Source: Clostridia bacterium (GTDB taxonomy: Bacteria; Bacillota; Clostridia; Christensenellales; CAG-138). From it: a DNA stretch of 64,000 nt. This document shows, piece after piece, positions 63,739 through 64,000 of this stretch. The stretch's first letter is position 1. Every line of letters begins with the position of its first letter. The position numbers were made by a program, and so were the translations under genes. The stretch is taken from positions 14,940 through 78,939 of the forward strand of contig JAFOTD010000017.1 in assembly GCA_017388175.1 (NCBI GenBank), read 5' to 3'. The notes under the pieces are model-generated. The model made no database searches. It saw nothing but the letters and a program-made list of their open reading frames with translations, and had not been told where the DNA came from.

Positions 63739-64000
63739 ACTGAGAGCTACCATTCGCGAGGCAATTTTAGACAGCGGTCTCAAAAGCGGCATGACCGTTT
63801 CATTCCACCACCATCTCCGCAACGGCGATTATGTGCTGAACATGGTGATGGACGAGATCGCAAAGCTCGGCATCCGCGACCTTACCGTCAACGCAAGCTC
63901 GCTGTTCGACGTGCACGCGCCGCTGAAGGAGCATATCCGAAACGGTGTCGTGACGCGGATTTTAACGGACTATATGTCCGCGGGCCTTGGCAGCTTCATC
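63731..64000 (+). CDS. citF: citrate lyase alpha subunit-like CoA-transferase (CitF), 5' part only
   Basis: Not in the ORF track because there is no stop in the window. Manual translation from ATG 63731 gives MNKLRATIREAILDSGLKSGMTVSFHHHLRNGDYVLNMVMDEIAKLGIRDLTVNASSLF..., a typical CitF N-terminus that overlaps the citE stop. Confidence 0.75.
   Translation, partial: MNKLRATIREAILDSGLKSGMTVSFHHHLRNGDYVLNMVMDEIAKLGIRDLTVNASSLFDVHAPLKEHIRNGVVTRILTDYMSAGLGSFI

Noticed and set aside
62712-64000. citE-citF present without an upstream citD (ACP gamma subunit), which might indicate a non-canonical CoA-dependent lyase/transferase pair.
   Set aside because: The window ends inside citF, so citD, citC, citG and citX could lie downstream. 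This cannot be evaluated from the sequence given.

Overview
High-GC, Clostridia-like chromosomal segment. The gene content fits a lysine-fermenting, butyrate-producing Oscillospiraceae-type organism, but that taxon guess is inference only. All gene calls come from reading the supplied translations and recognising family motifs; no database search was run. Many long ORFs in the track are antisense shadows of real genes, and some track starts are GTG/TTG rendered as M, so several starts were re-picked from RBS context.

Contents, left to right:
1. 1-3200: a partial CAT/E2-like acyltransferase, 5-formyl-THF cyclo-ligase and a nucleotidyltransferase-family protein.
2. 3258-22596, all minus strand: a roughly 19-kb exopolysaccharide/capsule locus.
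   - It is headed by a NusG/LoaP-like paralog, then a terminator and a strong promoter.
   - The genes that follow are a Wzz/CpsC co-polymerase, a BY-kinase fused to its PHP phosphatase, an LCP protein, a PglF/E/C/D-like amino-sugar module with an embedded VanZ gene, a GT4 glycosyltransferase and a TviB-like dehydrogenase.
   - A visibly AT-richer variable block carries an ATP-grasp enzyme, Wzy, LicD, a decayed LicC-like remnant and a MurJ/Wzx flippase. A TviC/WbpP-like epimerase closes the locus.
3. 23535-33015: the candidate novel system.
   - One operon pairs a C. acnes PAI-like polyenoic fatty-acid isomerase with a CrtI/RetSat-family flavoenzyme, an FNR-like FAD/[2Fe-2S] reductase and a 940-aa GltD-like poly-FeS flavoprotein.
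   - It is divergent from an adenylating enzyme, carrier protein and acyl-ACP thioesterase module.
   - I interpret this as a candidate unsaturated fatty-acid biohydrogenation system.
4. 33032-40721: a GH13 enzyme, a split transketolase, malic enzyme, a YfcC transporter and a VTT(DedA)-PlsC fusion.
5. 40900-51034: the complete lysine-fermentation locus. Two reactivase-like ATPases come first, then a promoter plus lysine riboswitch with ON-type architecture, then kal-kce-kdd-kamA-kamD-kamE-atoD-atoA.
6. 50844-52305: a diverged direct duplication of the atoA 3' end plus its terminator, bracketing one orphan gene.
7. 52330-64000: zinc-ribbon membrane proteins, an AraC/GyrI regulator, crt-hbd-bcd-etfB-etfA (minus strand), a DMT transporter, an aldo-keto reductase, a P-loop/SAD-like protein and citE-citF (partial).

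No rRNA, tRNA, CRISPR array or transposase was seen.
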